Origin: Spirochaetia bacterium
Lineage (GTDB): Bacteria; Spirochaetota; Spirochaetia; DSM-2461
Length of the DNA: 64,000 nt
Direction of reading: 5' to 3'
Assembly (NCBI GenBank): GCA_963668315.1
Contig: OY764216.1
Location: 2,368,001 to 2,432,000, forward strand
Positions 36,031 through 45,983 of this stretch are shown piece after piece. Below the pieces are notes generated by a model. That model searched no databases. It was not told where the DNA came from and was given only the letters and a program-made list of their open reading frames with translations. Both the position numbers and the translations under genes were made by a program. How positions within the stretch are numbered: the first letter of the stretch is position 1; each line of letters opens with the position of its first letter.

Positions 36031-38109
36031 CTAGTCTATCAATTCGTCCTCATTCGCTTCCTGAACTCCTTCATTCAGAGAGATCTTTTGAGGATTTTCC
36101 TTAGGTAAATCACTTTTTTTTGCATCTGCCGTAGATGGGGATTTTTCCTTTGTCTTATCTCGGGAGGAGCGCTGGGGGGAGAGTTCCCTTTCTTCCGATC
36201 GACTCTCACTCAAAGTCAGGTTCTCTTTCCCATCCTCTGCTTCCTGATCAAGTTCGTCTTCGGTACGGAAATAATCCAATTCATGGCCGATCCTTTCAGC
36301 CACGGAGCCGATATCTTCGGTCGTTTTTTTCACTATGCCAATAGCCTGGGAAATTTCATCGATTCCCTGGGAAACCTGTTCAATCCCTCCGGACACATTA
36401 CCGGCCAGGGCCTGAACTTCTTCCACGGCAATTTTCATCGATTCCGACTGGGACGTCATTTCATTGGATTCCTCCCTGACCGTGGTGGCGGTTGACTGGA
36501 GAGACACCATGGCCGATATGATCTGGTCTCCCCCGGATTTCAGTTCGCCCATGCTGCTGCCGATCTCGCTCATGGAATCGGCCAGTCCTTCCACTTCCTT
36601 TACCGTTTCGCCGAAAGTCCTCGTGGTCATCTCGCTCGATTCAGAGGCGTTCTGGATGCTGCTGATAATTTCGTTCAGGCTGTCGCTGATCTCCCGGGAA
36701 CTCTCTGAAGAGGCCTCGGCCAGTTTGCGGATCTCGTCGGCCACGACGGCGAATCCCCGTCCCACGTCTCCCGCATGGGCGGCCTCGATAGCCGCGTTCA
36801 TGGCAAGAAGGTTAGTCTGGGAGGCAATATTATTGATCACTTCGATCATCTCCCGTATCGTATCGATGCTGCTGTTGATTCTGTTGATATTGGAGGCTGT
36901 CTGGGTCAGCTGGTTATTTCCGTCGGTCATGAGTTTTACCGTTTCCGCCAGGCTGGCCAGTTTTCGGGATGTTACCTGCTCCACATTGGCCACGGAAGCC
37001 ATCATTTCGTTGATGGCAGCGGAGGACTCCTCGATCATAGACGCCTGGTCCTGAACGCCGTCATTCACCTTTTCAATTTTTCCCGAGATGTTCAGGACCG
37101 AATCATAGGCGTTGCGGGTCCTGTCGTCCAGCTGCCGGATATCTTCCCTTATCTCATGGGAACTGACGGCAATCCGCTGTCCCGTCTCCTCCGCCCTGTC
37201 AACCTGATCAATCAGCCGGTCCCTTATGACCAGATTCTCATGGGAGACACCCTTGATTCTCGTTATGATTCCATTGAGATTTGTCTGGAATGAATTGAGG
37301 TTATCATTGAGCCGGGCCAGGTCGTCCCGGGAGTTTACATTATTCTCCGTACGCAGGTCTCCGTCCTTGAGGTGATCAATAGAAGAATCGATATGGCGGA
37401 TATTCGTGGCGATTTTATTGGAGAAGGCCAGACTGAAAATCAGTATAGCCGCCAAAGCCAGTCCTATTGAGGCCAGTGTTATGACCTGGGTCAGAAACTC
37501 ATAGCGGCGAATGGTGCTGTTGATACGTAAAAATTGATCTTCAAGAACATCAAGGGAGCTTTCCAGGGCATTTTTATAGACCGTATGTTTCATGATGAAC
37601 TCATTAAGGGTGTATTCAAAATAAGCCCGGTCCTCTTCTGTGGCCCTGTCCAGAAACTGCCTGGAAATATAGATTTTCATAAAAGTGAAGGAATCAAGAA
37701 AAATATAGGTATCTTCGATGGCTTCCCGGAATGAAGTATCGGCTTTCACTAAATCCTGGAATCGTGTTCTCCTCAATTCGTTAAGGTTCGTGATAATATC
37801 GATTGCATCGGACATGGAGGCACTCTGCTTCTTAAGGTAGTTCAATGCTTCGGTCTTCTCAAAAAATGAGTCTGTTATCTTGGATGCCTCATAAAGAGCT
37901 TCCATCCCCTTCTTATAAGGGGTATCGCCGAGAATGGCATACAGATCGATCCTTTCCTGATTGATACTTTTTTCAAGCTGCTCCAGAATCTCCGCTTCTT
38001 CGTTGATTCTCTTAACAGGAACAGCCGTGAGAAAATAGAAGAGTATGATGAGCATGAAAGCGGCAATAATTCCGGTTATCAGCAGGAATAACTTAGATTT
38101 GATTGTCAT
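36031..38109 (-). CDS. Methyl-accepting chemotaxis protein
   Basis: Two TM helices, [42 protein letters not shown]. Confidence 0.97.
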   Translation of the reverse strand: MTIKSKLFLLITGIIAAFMLIILFYFLTAVPVKRINEEAEILEQLEKSINQERIDLYAILGDTPYKKGMEALYEASKITDSFFEKTEALNYLKKQSASMSDAIDIITNLNELRRTRFQDLVKADTSFREAIEDTYIFLDSFTFMKIYISRQFLDRATEEDRAYFEYTLNEFIMKHTVYKNALESSLDVLEDQFLRINSTIRRYEFLTQVITLASIGLALAAILIFSLAFSNKIATNIRHIDSSIDHLKDGDLRTENNVNSRDDLARLNDNLNSFQTNLNGIITRIKGVSHENLVIRDRLIDQVDRAEETGQRIAVSSHEIREDIRQLDDRTRNAYDSVLNISGKIEKVNDGVQDQASMIEESSAAINEMMASVANVEQVTSRKLASLAETVKLMTDGNNQLTQTASNINRINSSIDTIREMIEVINNIASQTNLLAMNAAIEAAHAGDVGRGFAVVADEIRKLAEASSESSREISDSLNEIISSIQNASESSEMTTRTFGETVKEVEGLADSMSEIGSSMGELKSGGDQIISAMVSLQSTATTVREESNEMTSQSESMKIAVEEVQALAGNVSGGIEQVSQGIDEISQAIGIVKKTTEDIGSVAERIGHELDYFRTEDELDQEAEDGKENLTLSESRSEERELSPQRSSRDKTKEKSPSTADAKKSDLPKENPQKISLNEGVQEANEDELID

Positions 38110-38177
38110 GGCCAGAACTCCTTTTGTACGGTCAGTTTCTCAATTGTAACTCAGGAAGGGAGATTTTACCTAATCAT

Positions 38178-39374
38178 TTTCTTAATGTTTTCGATTTTTG
38201 ACATCCTTCTCTGATTCAAACGGCCTTCTTATTTAAGGGATTAACCAGGTTTCTGTTCCAATGAGCTGCCTGATAACCGGTAAGACATTCTGTGAAGTCC
38301 TCGGTTCTTCTGCTTATTCCATAAAATATAGCCTGAATTATTTTATAGCGCCTTTCCAGTGAAATACCCGCTGCCTGGCAATGATAGTTGTATTTTCCTT
38401 TTCTTCTGTTAATCCGAAAGGGTTTAAGGAAATTATGCCAAAAACTATAGCAGGAAAACCTATCCATACTGTTATTCATATTTCTCCCGAATTGAACCGT
38501 TTCACGGATATATTCGGCCAGATCTTTTCTTATCTGACGGTCTATGTAATTGCAGGGAAATAGTTTGTTTAGATAGTTCCGTTCAACAAGAGAGTTTGTC
38601 GTACGGTGCAAAATCTTCGGTGATAGTGACCTATGGTTGTTAAATTGATAACGATAAATAGGGTGTTCATCCGTATCAATTATGATAGTTTTTAAGGACG
38701 ATTTATCGGCTTTTGTAGAGAGATAATCAAGAATTTCCCTAAATCGATGTGAGGCTGCTTTCCTTTCGAAACAGGCATCCCTGTAAAGCTTCTGCTTTTG
38801 TATTTTTTGTTCTTCCGTACATATTCCTTTACGTTTGAAGTGATAGGCGTTGAACATATAAATAAATTGGGATCGCTGTCCCACAAGGATATTTACATTC
38901 GTTGGAAAATACTGGGAAAGGATAAAGTTTTCCAGACCATCGGCTGCGACTGATTCATTCAATTCAAGATCATGGATTTCCTTAGCGCATACAGATGTAA
39001 TTCTGCGTGATAACCGCATCAGGCGGTTAATTATCATTTGGGGAGAACAGTGAAAAGCTCTGGCCATATCTCTTATCCCCGATCCGCTGACTAAATGATC
39101 TAAGAGTTTTATATAGGATAGATTCCTGTGGATATAATGGTCTATGGAGAAATAAGATAAAGAAAATGTACGATGACACTTCTTACATTGATATCTCTGA
39201 ATTCTTCCTATTCTTTTAGTGTAGATAAAACCTTTCTTCCGCATCCAGCCTGAATCGGCAGGCGGATGTTTATAATTCTGACAATGGCGGTTGGGACAAT
39301 AAAGTTTATCTTTCATATAAAGCCTCCTCTTTAATCAATGTTTACTTTAAAAGAGGGGAAAATTGTCCAAAATC
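38178..39374 (-). mobile_element. IS1/IS1595-like insertion sequence
   Basis: Low-GC block. Imperfect inverted repeats GATTTTTGACA (38193-38203) and TGTCCAAAATC (39364-39374); 9-bp direct repeat CCTAATCAT at 38169-38177 and 39375-39383. Confidence 0.65.
38216..39316 (-). CDS. Transposase-like protein (Zn ribbon, HTH, RNase H-like DDE domain)
   Basis: CPNRHC...IQRYQCKKCHRTFS, GSGIRDMARAFHCSPQMI, VAADGLE, IIIDTDEH, YSFWHNFLKPF. Confidence 0.8.
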   Translation of the reverse strand: MKDKLYCPNRHCQNYKHPPADSGWMRKKGFIYTKRIGRIQRYQCKKCHRTFSLSYFSIDHYIHRNLSYIKLLDHLVSGSGIRDMARAFHCSPQMIINRLMRLSRRITSVCAKEIHDLELNESVAADGLENFILSQYFPTNVNILVGQRSQFIYMFNAYHFKRKGICTEEQKIQKQKLYRDACFERKAASHRFREILDYLSTKADKSSLKTIIIDTDEHPIYRYQFNNHRSLSPKILHRTTNSLVERNYLNKLFPCNYIDRQIRKDLAEYIRETVQFGRNMNNSMDRFSCYSFWHNFLKPFRINRRKGKYNYHCQAAGISLERRYKIIQAIFYGISRRTEDFTECLTGYQAAHWNRNLVNPLNKKAV

Positions 39375-39516
39375 CCTAATCATGGGGAATTCATGTCACA
39401 AATGGAGAACATTACATGGTATAATAAACATTCATATAAAACCGGACCGCCTTTGGATCGCCGGGCATAATCTGGTTGTTATTTACGTAATAAATCTCAA
39501 AGGGGGAGAATCTTTT

Positions 39517-40698
39517 ATGAAACCATTAAAGGATTACAGTTTTATCCGCGGCGTGTGTCATAACCCGACCCTGGGACTGACAAAAAAAGAGCTTGAGGAG
39601 AGGCTTGACAGGGAGCTTGGATATTGCCGCAAACTCAACTTGAATTCCATTCGTTTCTGGCTGGTCCCAGAGGAGTATAACAAGGATCCCAGGGGATACC
39701 TTGATATCATTGAAACTTTTATCAGGAAGTGCAATGAATTTGATATTACCGTGATGCCTATCCTCTGGAACGGGAATTTTATTACCGATTTTGAAGATCC
39801 CGGTGAAGAGTGGTATGAAAAGGCCGGAAAATATGCCGGGGATGTTATCGGCCGGTTTAAGGATGAACCGAATATTCTGATGTGGGATGTCATTAACGAG
39901 CCCATGTGCAACGACTATATGAACCATAGTCCGGCGGAAGAATATGATGTCCGTTTTGAGAAAATCAAAAAATATATCCGAAGGCTGTTCGCCATTGTCA
40001 AAGAACTTGACCGGGAAAATTGTCTGACCGTGGGACATGAGCAGGTCAGGCACTGTCTTTCCACCGATGATTTGGTGGATGTAATCTGTTATCACGACTA
40101 TCTGGGCACCCGCAGGGAGATCGAGGGAGCAATTTTCGACGCGGAGAGGCTGAGGGATAAATGGGACAAACCGATTTTAAATACCGAGACAGGATGTGTG
40201 GGCCGGGCAAATCCCTATGAGATAGAGCTTGAGCTGGCGCAGAAACACAGGGTGGGCTGGTATGTGTTTAATCTGATTTCCGAAGGATTCTGGGGCGATA
40301 TTCATGGTTTGGTATATCCCGACGGAACCATCAGGGATCCGGCAGTCATTGCGGCTCTGTTCGGCTTTTTCCGAAACAGGGAGGGAGGCCGAATCCCCGT
40401 CAATGCCAATAAGGAGGGGCACGCCGACAGGGCCGTTAAACGGGTGGAGGATGTCCTTCGGGTGGAGCCGACGACCCTGTTCATGTCAAGGGATAAAACC
40501 ACTGAAGAGATCCTGGACGCGGCGGAGTATTGCGTGAATATTCTGGAAGGGGCAGAAATGGTTCCCATGTGGAACCCTCCTTCGGCCAGGATAGAGGCGT
40601 TCAGAAGGATTCCCGAAGAAGAACGTGATGTTTATGAGATAAGAGAATTCGCCTTTAGTATGGCGAAACTCCTGAAAGAAAAATGTCATATCCTGTGA
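39517..40698 (+). CDS. Clan GH-A (GH5/GH2-like) glycoside hydrolase, cytoplasmic
   Basis: WDVINEP acid/base motif, CYHDY, PILNTETG nucleophile motif; ATG 39517 after GGGGGAG; TGGTATAAT upstream. Confidence 0.8.
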   Translation: MKPLKDYSFIRGVCHNPTLGLTKKELEERLDRELGYCRKLNLNSIRFWLVPEEYNKDPRGYLDIIETFIRKCNEFDITVMPILWNGNFITDFEDPGEEWYEKAGKYAGDVIGRFKDEPNILMWDVINEPMCNDYMNHSPAEEYDVRFEKIKKYIRRLFAIVKELDRENCLTVGHEQVRHCLSTDDLVDVICYHDYLGTRREIEGAIFDAERLRDKWDKPILNTETGCVGRANPYEIELELAQKHRVGWYVFNLISEGFWGDIHGLVYPDGTIRDPAVIAALFGFFRNREGGRIPVNANKEGHADRAVKRVEDVLRVEPTTLFMSRDKTTEEILDAAEYCVNILEGAEMVPMWNPPSARIEAFRRIPEEERDVYEIREFAFSMAKLLKEKCHIL

Positions 40699-40760
40699 TG
40701 AGGCCTTATTGTCGCTCCCTATTTTATTACGTATAGTAGGGAGCGTATAAGGAAAATTCA

Positions 40761-41510
40761 GTGATAAGTATAAAGAATCAGGATGAAATAAAGAAATTAC
40801 GGGAGTGCGGCATAATTCTCGCGTCTCTCTATCAGCATTTGGAACCCTATGTCCAGGAGGGAATTACCACCGGGGAGCTGGATCGTATTGCAGAGGATTA
40901 CATTCTGGGTAAGGGGTGCGTCCCTGTTCAAAAGGGGTATTACGGTTTTCCCGCCACCCTCTGTGTTTCGGTAAATGAAGAAGTGATTCACGGAATCCCC
41001 GGCAAACGAAAGCTCAAGGATGGAGATCTTGTCGGTATTGACTGCACCATTTCCAAGGACAGTCTTCTGACGGACAGTGCGAAAACTTTTCCCGTGGGAA
41101 ACATCTCAGCCGATGACCGGCTGCTCATGGAAAGAACGGCCAAAGCCCTTGAAGTGGGAATTTCAGTAGCCGAGCATAACATGCGGTCCTCTGATATCGG
41201 AAAAGCGATAGAGAGCTTTCTGAAGCCCTTCGGATACGGCATCGTCAGGGATTACTGCGGTCACGGGATCGGGTATGAGATTCATGAGGATCCCACCATC
41301 CTGCACTACTATTCCAGGCGATACAGCCGCCGATTGAAGGCCGGAATGGTTTTTACCATTGAGCCCATGATCAACAGGGGAACCCATAAGGTCGAAGTCC
41401 TCGAGGATGAGTGGACCGTGGTGACGGCCGACGGTCTGAAATCCTGTCATTTCGAGCATACCATCTGTCTGACCGAGACGGGATGCGAGATTCTGACCCT
41501 TCCCGAATAG
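40761..41510 (+). CDS. map: Methionine aminopeptidase type I
   Basis: CVSVNEEVIHGIP, TDSAKT, YCGHGIG, HEDP, TIEPMIN, HFEHT. Confidence 0.97.
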   Translation: MISIKNQDEIKKLRECGIILASLYQHLEPYVQEGITTGELDRIAEDYILGKGCVPVQKGYYGFPATLCVSVNEEVIHGIPGKRKLKDGDLVGIDCTISKDSLLTDSAKTFPVGNISADDRLLMERTAKALEVGISVAEHNMRSSDIGKAIESFLKPFGYGIVRDYCGHGIGYEIHEDPTILHYYSRRYSRRLKAGMVFTIEPMINRGTHKVEVLEDEWTVVTADGLKSCHFEHTICLTETGCEILTLPE

Positions 41511-41535
41511 ATCGGCAAAACAGAGGAACAGTCAT

Positions 41536-42498
41536 ATGGCGAAAATATATACCATGGGAGAGATCCTTGTTGAAATTATGAGGGATTCCGTAGATTCTCC
41601 CCTGAATGAACCGGGGCGTTTTGTCGGTCCCTTTCCTTCCGGTGCCCCGGCAATTTTCATTTCCACCGCCGCCCAATTGGGTCATGAGGCCAAAATCTGG
41701 GGCGGTACGGGCAAGGATAAGTTCGGGGAGCTTCTCCTCGGACGTCTGACCGCCGACGGGGTGGACTGCTCAGATATCAGGGCGCAGGAGAAGGGATCGA
41801 CAGCTGTCGCTTTTGTTTCCTACGCATCCGACGGGAGCAGAGAGTTTATCTTCCATATCGACGGCACCCCGGCCGGAAATGTTGTCTTCAGCGGGGAAGA
41901 AGTCCTTCCTCCCGATTACTTTCATGTTATGGGCTGTTCCCTGATGGTCAACGATTCCCTTCATGATAATATATGCCGGGCCGTTGAATGGGCCGTATCA
42001 AAGGGAGCCCGGATCTCCTTTGACCCCAATATCAGGCCTGAACTGCTGGGAGGTCGCGATGTGTATGACATCGCCGGTGCTGTTATCGAGAATACTTCTG
42101 TCTTTCTTCCGGGAGTTGACGAACTATTGATGTTTTCCCGGTCAGGGAATGTGGAGGAAGCGGTGGAAGAGCTGTTTTCCCGTTTCCCCCGAATGGAAAT
42201 TATACACCTGAAAAGAGGGAAGAGGGGCTCCACCGTATATACCCGCGGGGAACGCATCGAGATACCTATCTATCCTATTGAGAAGGTCAGGGATATCGTT
42301 GATCCCACCGGTGCCGGCGACTCCTTCGACGCCGCCTTTATCTGCGGTCTGGCCGATAACAAAACTCTGGAAGAGGCGGGGCACTACGCGGCTAAGGCGG
42401 GGGCGATAAACTCGACGGTGTTCGGGCCGATGGGAGGGGATATGAAGTTGATCGGCCACGATTTCCTTCGATCGAACAGGGGCGGCAGAACAACATAA
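41536..42498 (+). CDS. PfkB/ribokinase-family sugar kinase
   Basis: PSGAPAIF, SFDPNIRPEL, VDPTGAGDSF. Confidence 0.93.
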   Translation: MAKIYTMGEILVEIMRDSVDSPLNEPGRFVGPFPSGAPAIFISTAAQLGHEAKIWGGTGKDKFGELLLGRLTADGVDCSDIRAQEKGSTAVAFVSYASDGSREFIFHIDGTPAGNVVFSGEEVLPPDYFHVMGCSLMVNDSLHDNICRAVEWAVSKGARISFDPNIRPELLGGRDVYDIAGAVIENTSVFLPGVDELLMFSRSGNVEEAVEELFSRFPRMEIIHLKRGKRGSTVYTRGERIEIPIYPIEKVRDIVDPTGAGDSFDAAFICGLADNKTLEEAGHYAAKAGAINSTVFGPMGGDMKLIGHDFLRSNRGGRTT

Positions 42499-42517
42499 TT
42501 AGAATACGGAATTCAGT

Positions 42518-42688
42518 ATGAAGGTAAAGAAAAGACTGGAACTATGGGGCTGGGGACTCTTCTCTGCGGGAAGCGGTATCTATTTTGTGGAGAGTCTTAT
42601 TAATGGGAATCCTCTCGCTATGACGGGAAGCGCCGCCTTTTGCATCGGATGCGTCTGTTTTATTCTCAGCGAGAGATTTAAGGATTAG
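42518..42688 (+). CDS. Small two-helix membrane protein (56 aa), not in the ORF track
   Basis: Manual translation MKVKKRLELWGWGLFSAGSGIYFVESLINGNPLAMTGSAAFCIGCVCFILSERFKD; fills the gap 19 nt after the kinase. Confidence 0.65.
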   Translation: MKVKKRLELWGWGLFSAGSGIYFVESLINGNPLAMTGSAAFCIGCVCFILSERFKD

Positions 42689-42791
42689 GCCTTTCGTTTT
42701 TCCTGTCACGGATGAGAGAAAAGGGCGGGGTGGATTATTCTGTCAATACATATTACAATTGTTATATATGATATGAAAGAGAGAAAAGTCC

Positions 42792-43517
42792 ATGGAATAT
42801 TTACAAGCCGCCGTTTTTTTAGAATCCCTGATCAAAGAAACAAATAATCTCCTCCTTCAGAATAAAGAGATGATTCTGGAATCTCCCAATCGGATGCGGG
42901 TTATTCTGGATGACGGAACCCGGGAGGATATTCCCATGGATTCCTACACTAATGACTATGTAAAGAGAACCCTGGATAATCTGGGAAGCTCGAAGGCGTT
43001 CATCATGACCGATATGGTCTCCACGGAAATTAAGGGAAAGGACGTCACCTATCTATCCTATAAAGCGTATCACGGGGAAGTTGATAAGGGGCTGGTTTTT
43101 TATCAGCTGGTGGACAAAATATTCCTCTCTCCCGTGGGACCCCTCCGTTTCAGCAATCTTGAGGATAATATTTTCTATAGGGTACCTTCTCCCCCAAGCG
43201 AAGAGAGCTCCTGCAATACGATGGAGACGGACAGAGTGGTGGAGAACGGAAAGAGCATTGTGTTCTTCATCGGGCATATGGATGAAGAGCGGCTTATCTA
43301 CGATATCCAGCGATTGATTTTCGATACGGTGAATAATGTGACAAGGCATCCTGAACTTCAATTCGAGTTTATTATCCAGATTGCCCGTTACGGAGCCGCC
43401 CCTTCGGATAATTTGAGAAGAAGTGTTGAATCCATAGAAGAGTACACGAAAAAGCATATCTATCCTGAATATCCCAATGCCACCTTCGATTTTATCTATG
43501 AGCAGGATGCAAATTGA
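42792..43517 (+). CDS. Hypothetical protein
   Basis: 241-aa ORF filling an otherwise empty interval; no motif recognised. Confidence 0.7.
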   Translation: MEYLQAAVFLESLIKETNNLLLQNKEMILESPNRMRVILDDGTREDIPMDSYTNDYVKRTLDNLGSSKAFIMTDMVSTEIKGKDVTYLSYKAYHGEVDKGLVFYQLVDKIFLSPVGPLRFSNLEDNIFYRVPSPPSEESSCNTMETDRVVENGKSIVFFIGHMDEERLIYDIQRLIFDTVNNVTRHPELQFEFIIQIARYGAAPSDNLRRSVESIEEYTKKHIYPEYPNATFDFIYEQDAN

Positions 43518-43766
43518 AAATATCCGGCCGTCCCGACGGGCGGAAGAGGGGCAGAGAAATATTAATTTTTTCCCCTCAGTTTAAAATATTACCCCAAAAT
43601 CGTGTCACCTTTAAAAGAAAATCTTCTAGTGAAATGAAGAAAACCCCCGTACAATAAATCAAGTTTCCCGCTTTTCCGGCCGGATGAAGGGACTTCAGGA
43701 CATTTCCAGTTACAAGGGATGGAAAGAAGCTTCCATGGGAAAACATTCAAGTTTAGGGGTTTTATA

Positions 43767-45035
43767 ATGAAGAAAAGATTTTTTATGGTTTTAATCATTT
43801 CCGTATTTTGCCTGTCCATAGGGTTCGCCAACGGTAATTCGGAAGCAGGAGCCAAAGGCGGCGACGGTCCCGTAGAGCTGTCCATCTGGCATTATTTTGA
43901 ACATGAGGCGGAAGCCCTCGAAAAGGTGGCAGCCAGTTTCAGCGATATGAAGCAGAATGTCAATATCGTGGCCACCTACATTTCCCGTGAAGAGCTTATG
44001 AAACAGTACACCATCGGTGCCGTTTCGGGAAAACTTCCCGATATCGGGATGGTAGATTCTCCCGACCACGCCTCCTTTATTTCCCTGGGGGTTTTTGAGG
44101 ATATTACCGATGAACTGAAAGCCTGGGGGGAACTGGACCAGTTCTATAAAGGCCCCTTAAGCAGCTGTATGGACAGCGATGGCCGTATCTACGGTCTCCC
44201 GAACAACTCCAACTGCCTCGCTCTGGCCTGTAACATGGATATTCTTAACGCCGCCGGTTTCTCCGAACCTCCCCAGACATGGGATGAGTTTTATGAAGTG
44301 GCCAAGGCTACGACCAATCCCGCCGACATGGTATACGGATTCGCCATGAGCGCCAACAGCAACGAAGAGGGTACTTTCCAGCTGATTCCCTGGCTTTACG
44401 CTTCGGGCGCCACCGTTTCCACTCTGGATACTCCCGCCGCCGCTTCTTCTGTCGCTTTCCTGACTTCTCTGGTAGAAGAGGGGTATATGAGCAAGGAAGT
44501 CGTAAACTGGGGACAGGGCGATGCCTATAATGCTTTCTGTGCCGGAAAAGCCGCCATGCTCGAATCGGGTACCTGGCAGCTCGCCACCATCGATGACGAT
44601 ATCAATGGTACCTTTAATTACGAATACGCCTTCCTGCCCAAGGAAGCCAACTACGCCACGGTAATCGGAGGCGAGAACTTCGGTGTATGCGTCGGCTCCA
44701 GGGACAGAGAGATGAGCATTGAGTTCCTGACCTACCTGCAGACAGCCGAAAACAACGCCGACTGGTGCGAGATCGCCGGTAAGCTCCCCGTCAGGAAAGA
44801 CGCCGCCGAACTGAAGAGCTTCTGGACGGAAGACGAGAGATTCGCCGTTTTCAACGAAGCGATGAATTACTCCGTTCCCCGCGGTCCCCACGAAGAGTGG
44901 CCCACCATCTCCAAAGCTCTGTATACTTCTTTGCAGGCCGCTTTGATTGGCGAGAAAACTCCCGAGAAAGCCATGGCCGATGCCGCTGCCGTTGTTAATC
45001 CCATCCTGGCGGAAACACCCATAGCCGGGAATTAA
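43767..45035 (+). CDS. Sugar ABC transporter (CUT1) substrate-binding protein
   Basis: Spirochaete-type signal ending GFANG; LPDIGMVD, IYGLP, GKAAMLESGTW; start MKKRFF at 43767. Confidence 0.93.
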   Translation: MKKRFFMVLIISVFCLSIGFANGNSEAGAKGGDGPVELSIWHYFEHEAEALEKVAASFSDMKQNVNIVATYISREELMKQYTIGAVSGKLPDIGMVDSPDHASFISLGVFEDITDELKAWGELDQFYKGPLSSCMDSDGRIYGLPNNSNCLALACNMDILNAAGFSEPPQTWDEFYEVAKATTNPADMVYGFAMSANSNEEGTFQLIPWLYASGATVSTLDTPAAASSVAFLTSLVEEGYMSKEVVNWGQGDAYNAFCAGKAAMLESGTWQLATIDDDINGTFNYEYAFLPKEANYATVIGGENFGVCVGSRDREMSIEFLTYLQTAENNADWCEIAGKLPVRKDAAELKSFWTEDERFAVFNEAMNYSVPRGPHEEWPTISKALYTSLQAALIGEKTPEKAMADAAAVVNPILAETPIAGN

Positions 45036-45042
45036 ATCCCAT

Positions 45043-45067
45043 AGGCCGCCTGTCAGGCAGGCGGCCT
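45043..45067 (+). other. Intercistronic hairpin after the SBP gene (mRNA stabiliser or attenuator)
   Basis: AGGCCGCCTG-TCAGG-CAGGCGGCCT perfect 10-bp stem. Confidence 0.65.
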
Positions 45068-45086
45068 CTCCTGCAAGGACCATTCT

Positions 45087-45983
45087 ATGAAACTGACCAT
45101 TGAAAAAAGGCGGAGGCTGGAAGGGTATATATTCATAGTTCCTGCTTTCACCTATATCGTATCCATACTGGGATATCCACTTTTATACAATTTTTATCTG
45201 AGTTTCCATAATACCAACATCAAGACTTTCAAAAAGGGAACCTCCGTGTTCGTGGGACTGGCTAACTATATTGACCTCTTCCATGATCCCACCTTCCTGC
45301 TGGTAATAAAAAATACCTTTATCTTTACCATAGGATGTCTTATCTTTCAATTTACCCTGGGGTTTATCTTTGCCCTGTTTTTCTCGAAAAAATTCACCCT
45401 GGCCGGACCTCTCCGGGGGCTCATACTCATCGGCTTCATGATGCCCATGGCGGTGACGGCCATGCTGGGAAAGAATGTCTTCGGGGTTTCTTCGGGACTG
45501 ATCAATGATCTGCTCTTAAAGGCAGGTTTAATTTATAATCCGATTGAATGGCTTGTCGATACCAAAACGGCCATGAAGGCGGTTATCGCCGTCAACTGCT
45601 GGGTGGGAATCCCCTTCAATATGTTGCTGCTTACGTCGGGTCTGACCAATATTTCCCAGGAGGTCTACGACAGCGCCGCTGTGGACGGGGCGGGATTTCT
45701 GAGGCAGTTCTGGCATATTACGCTTCCCCTTATCAAACCGGCGATGCAGGCCGTCCTGCTTCTGGGGTTCATCTACACTTTCAAAGCCTTCGACCTTATG
45801 TTCGTCATGACCGCCGGCGGTCCTCTCAACGCCACCGACGTACTGGGGACCTACGCCTATGAACTCTCGTTTACCCAGTATGACTTCTCTCTGGGGGCCA
45901 CTACGGCTCTGGTCCTCTTTTTCTTTCTTTTCATAGTGGGCCTCTTCTACCTCAGAATGATCGGCAAGGAGGAAAAATCATGA
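45087..45983 (+). CDS. Sugar ABC transporter permease
   Basis: FVGLANY; EAA-loop YDSAAVDGAGFLRQFWHITLP. Confidence 0.95.
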   Translation: MKLTIEKRRRLEGYIFIVPAFTYIVSILGYPLLYNFYLSFHNTNIKTFKKGTSVFVGLANYIDLFHDPTFLLVIKNTFIFTIGCLIFQFTLGFIFALFFSKKFTLAGPLRGLILIGFMMPMAVTAMLGKNVFGVSSGLINDLLLKAGLIYNPIEWLVDTKTAMKAVIAVNCWVGIPFNMLLLTSGLTNISQEVYDSAAVDGAGFLRQFWHITLPLIKPAMQAVLLLGFIYTFKAFDLMFVMTAGGPLNATDVLGTYAYELSFTQYDFSLGATTALVLFFFLFIVGLFYLRMIGKEEKS

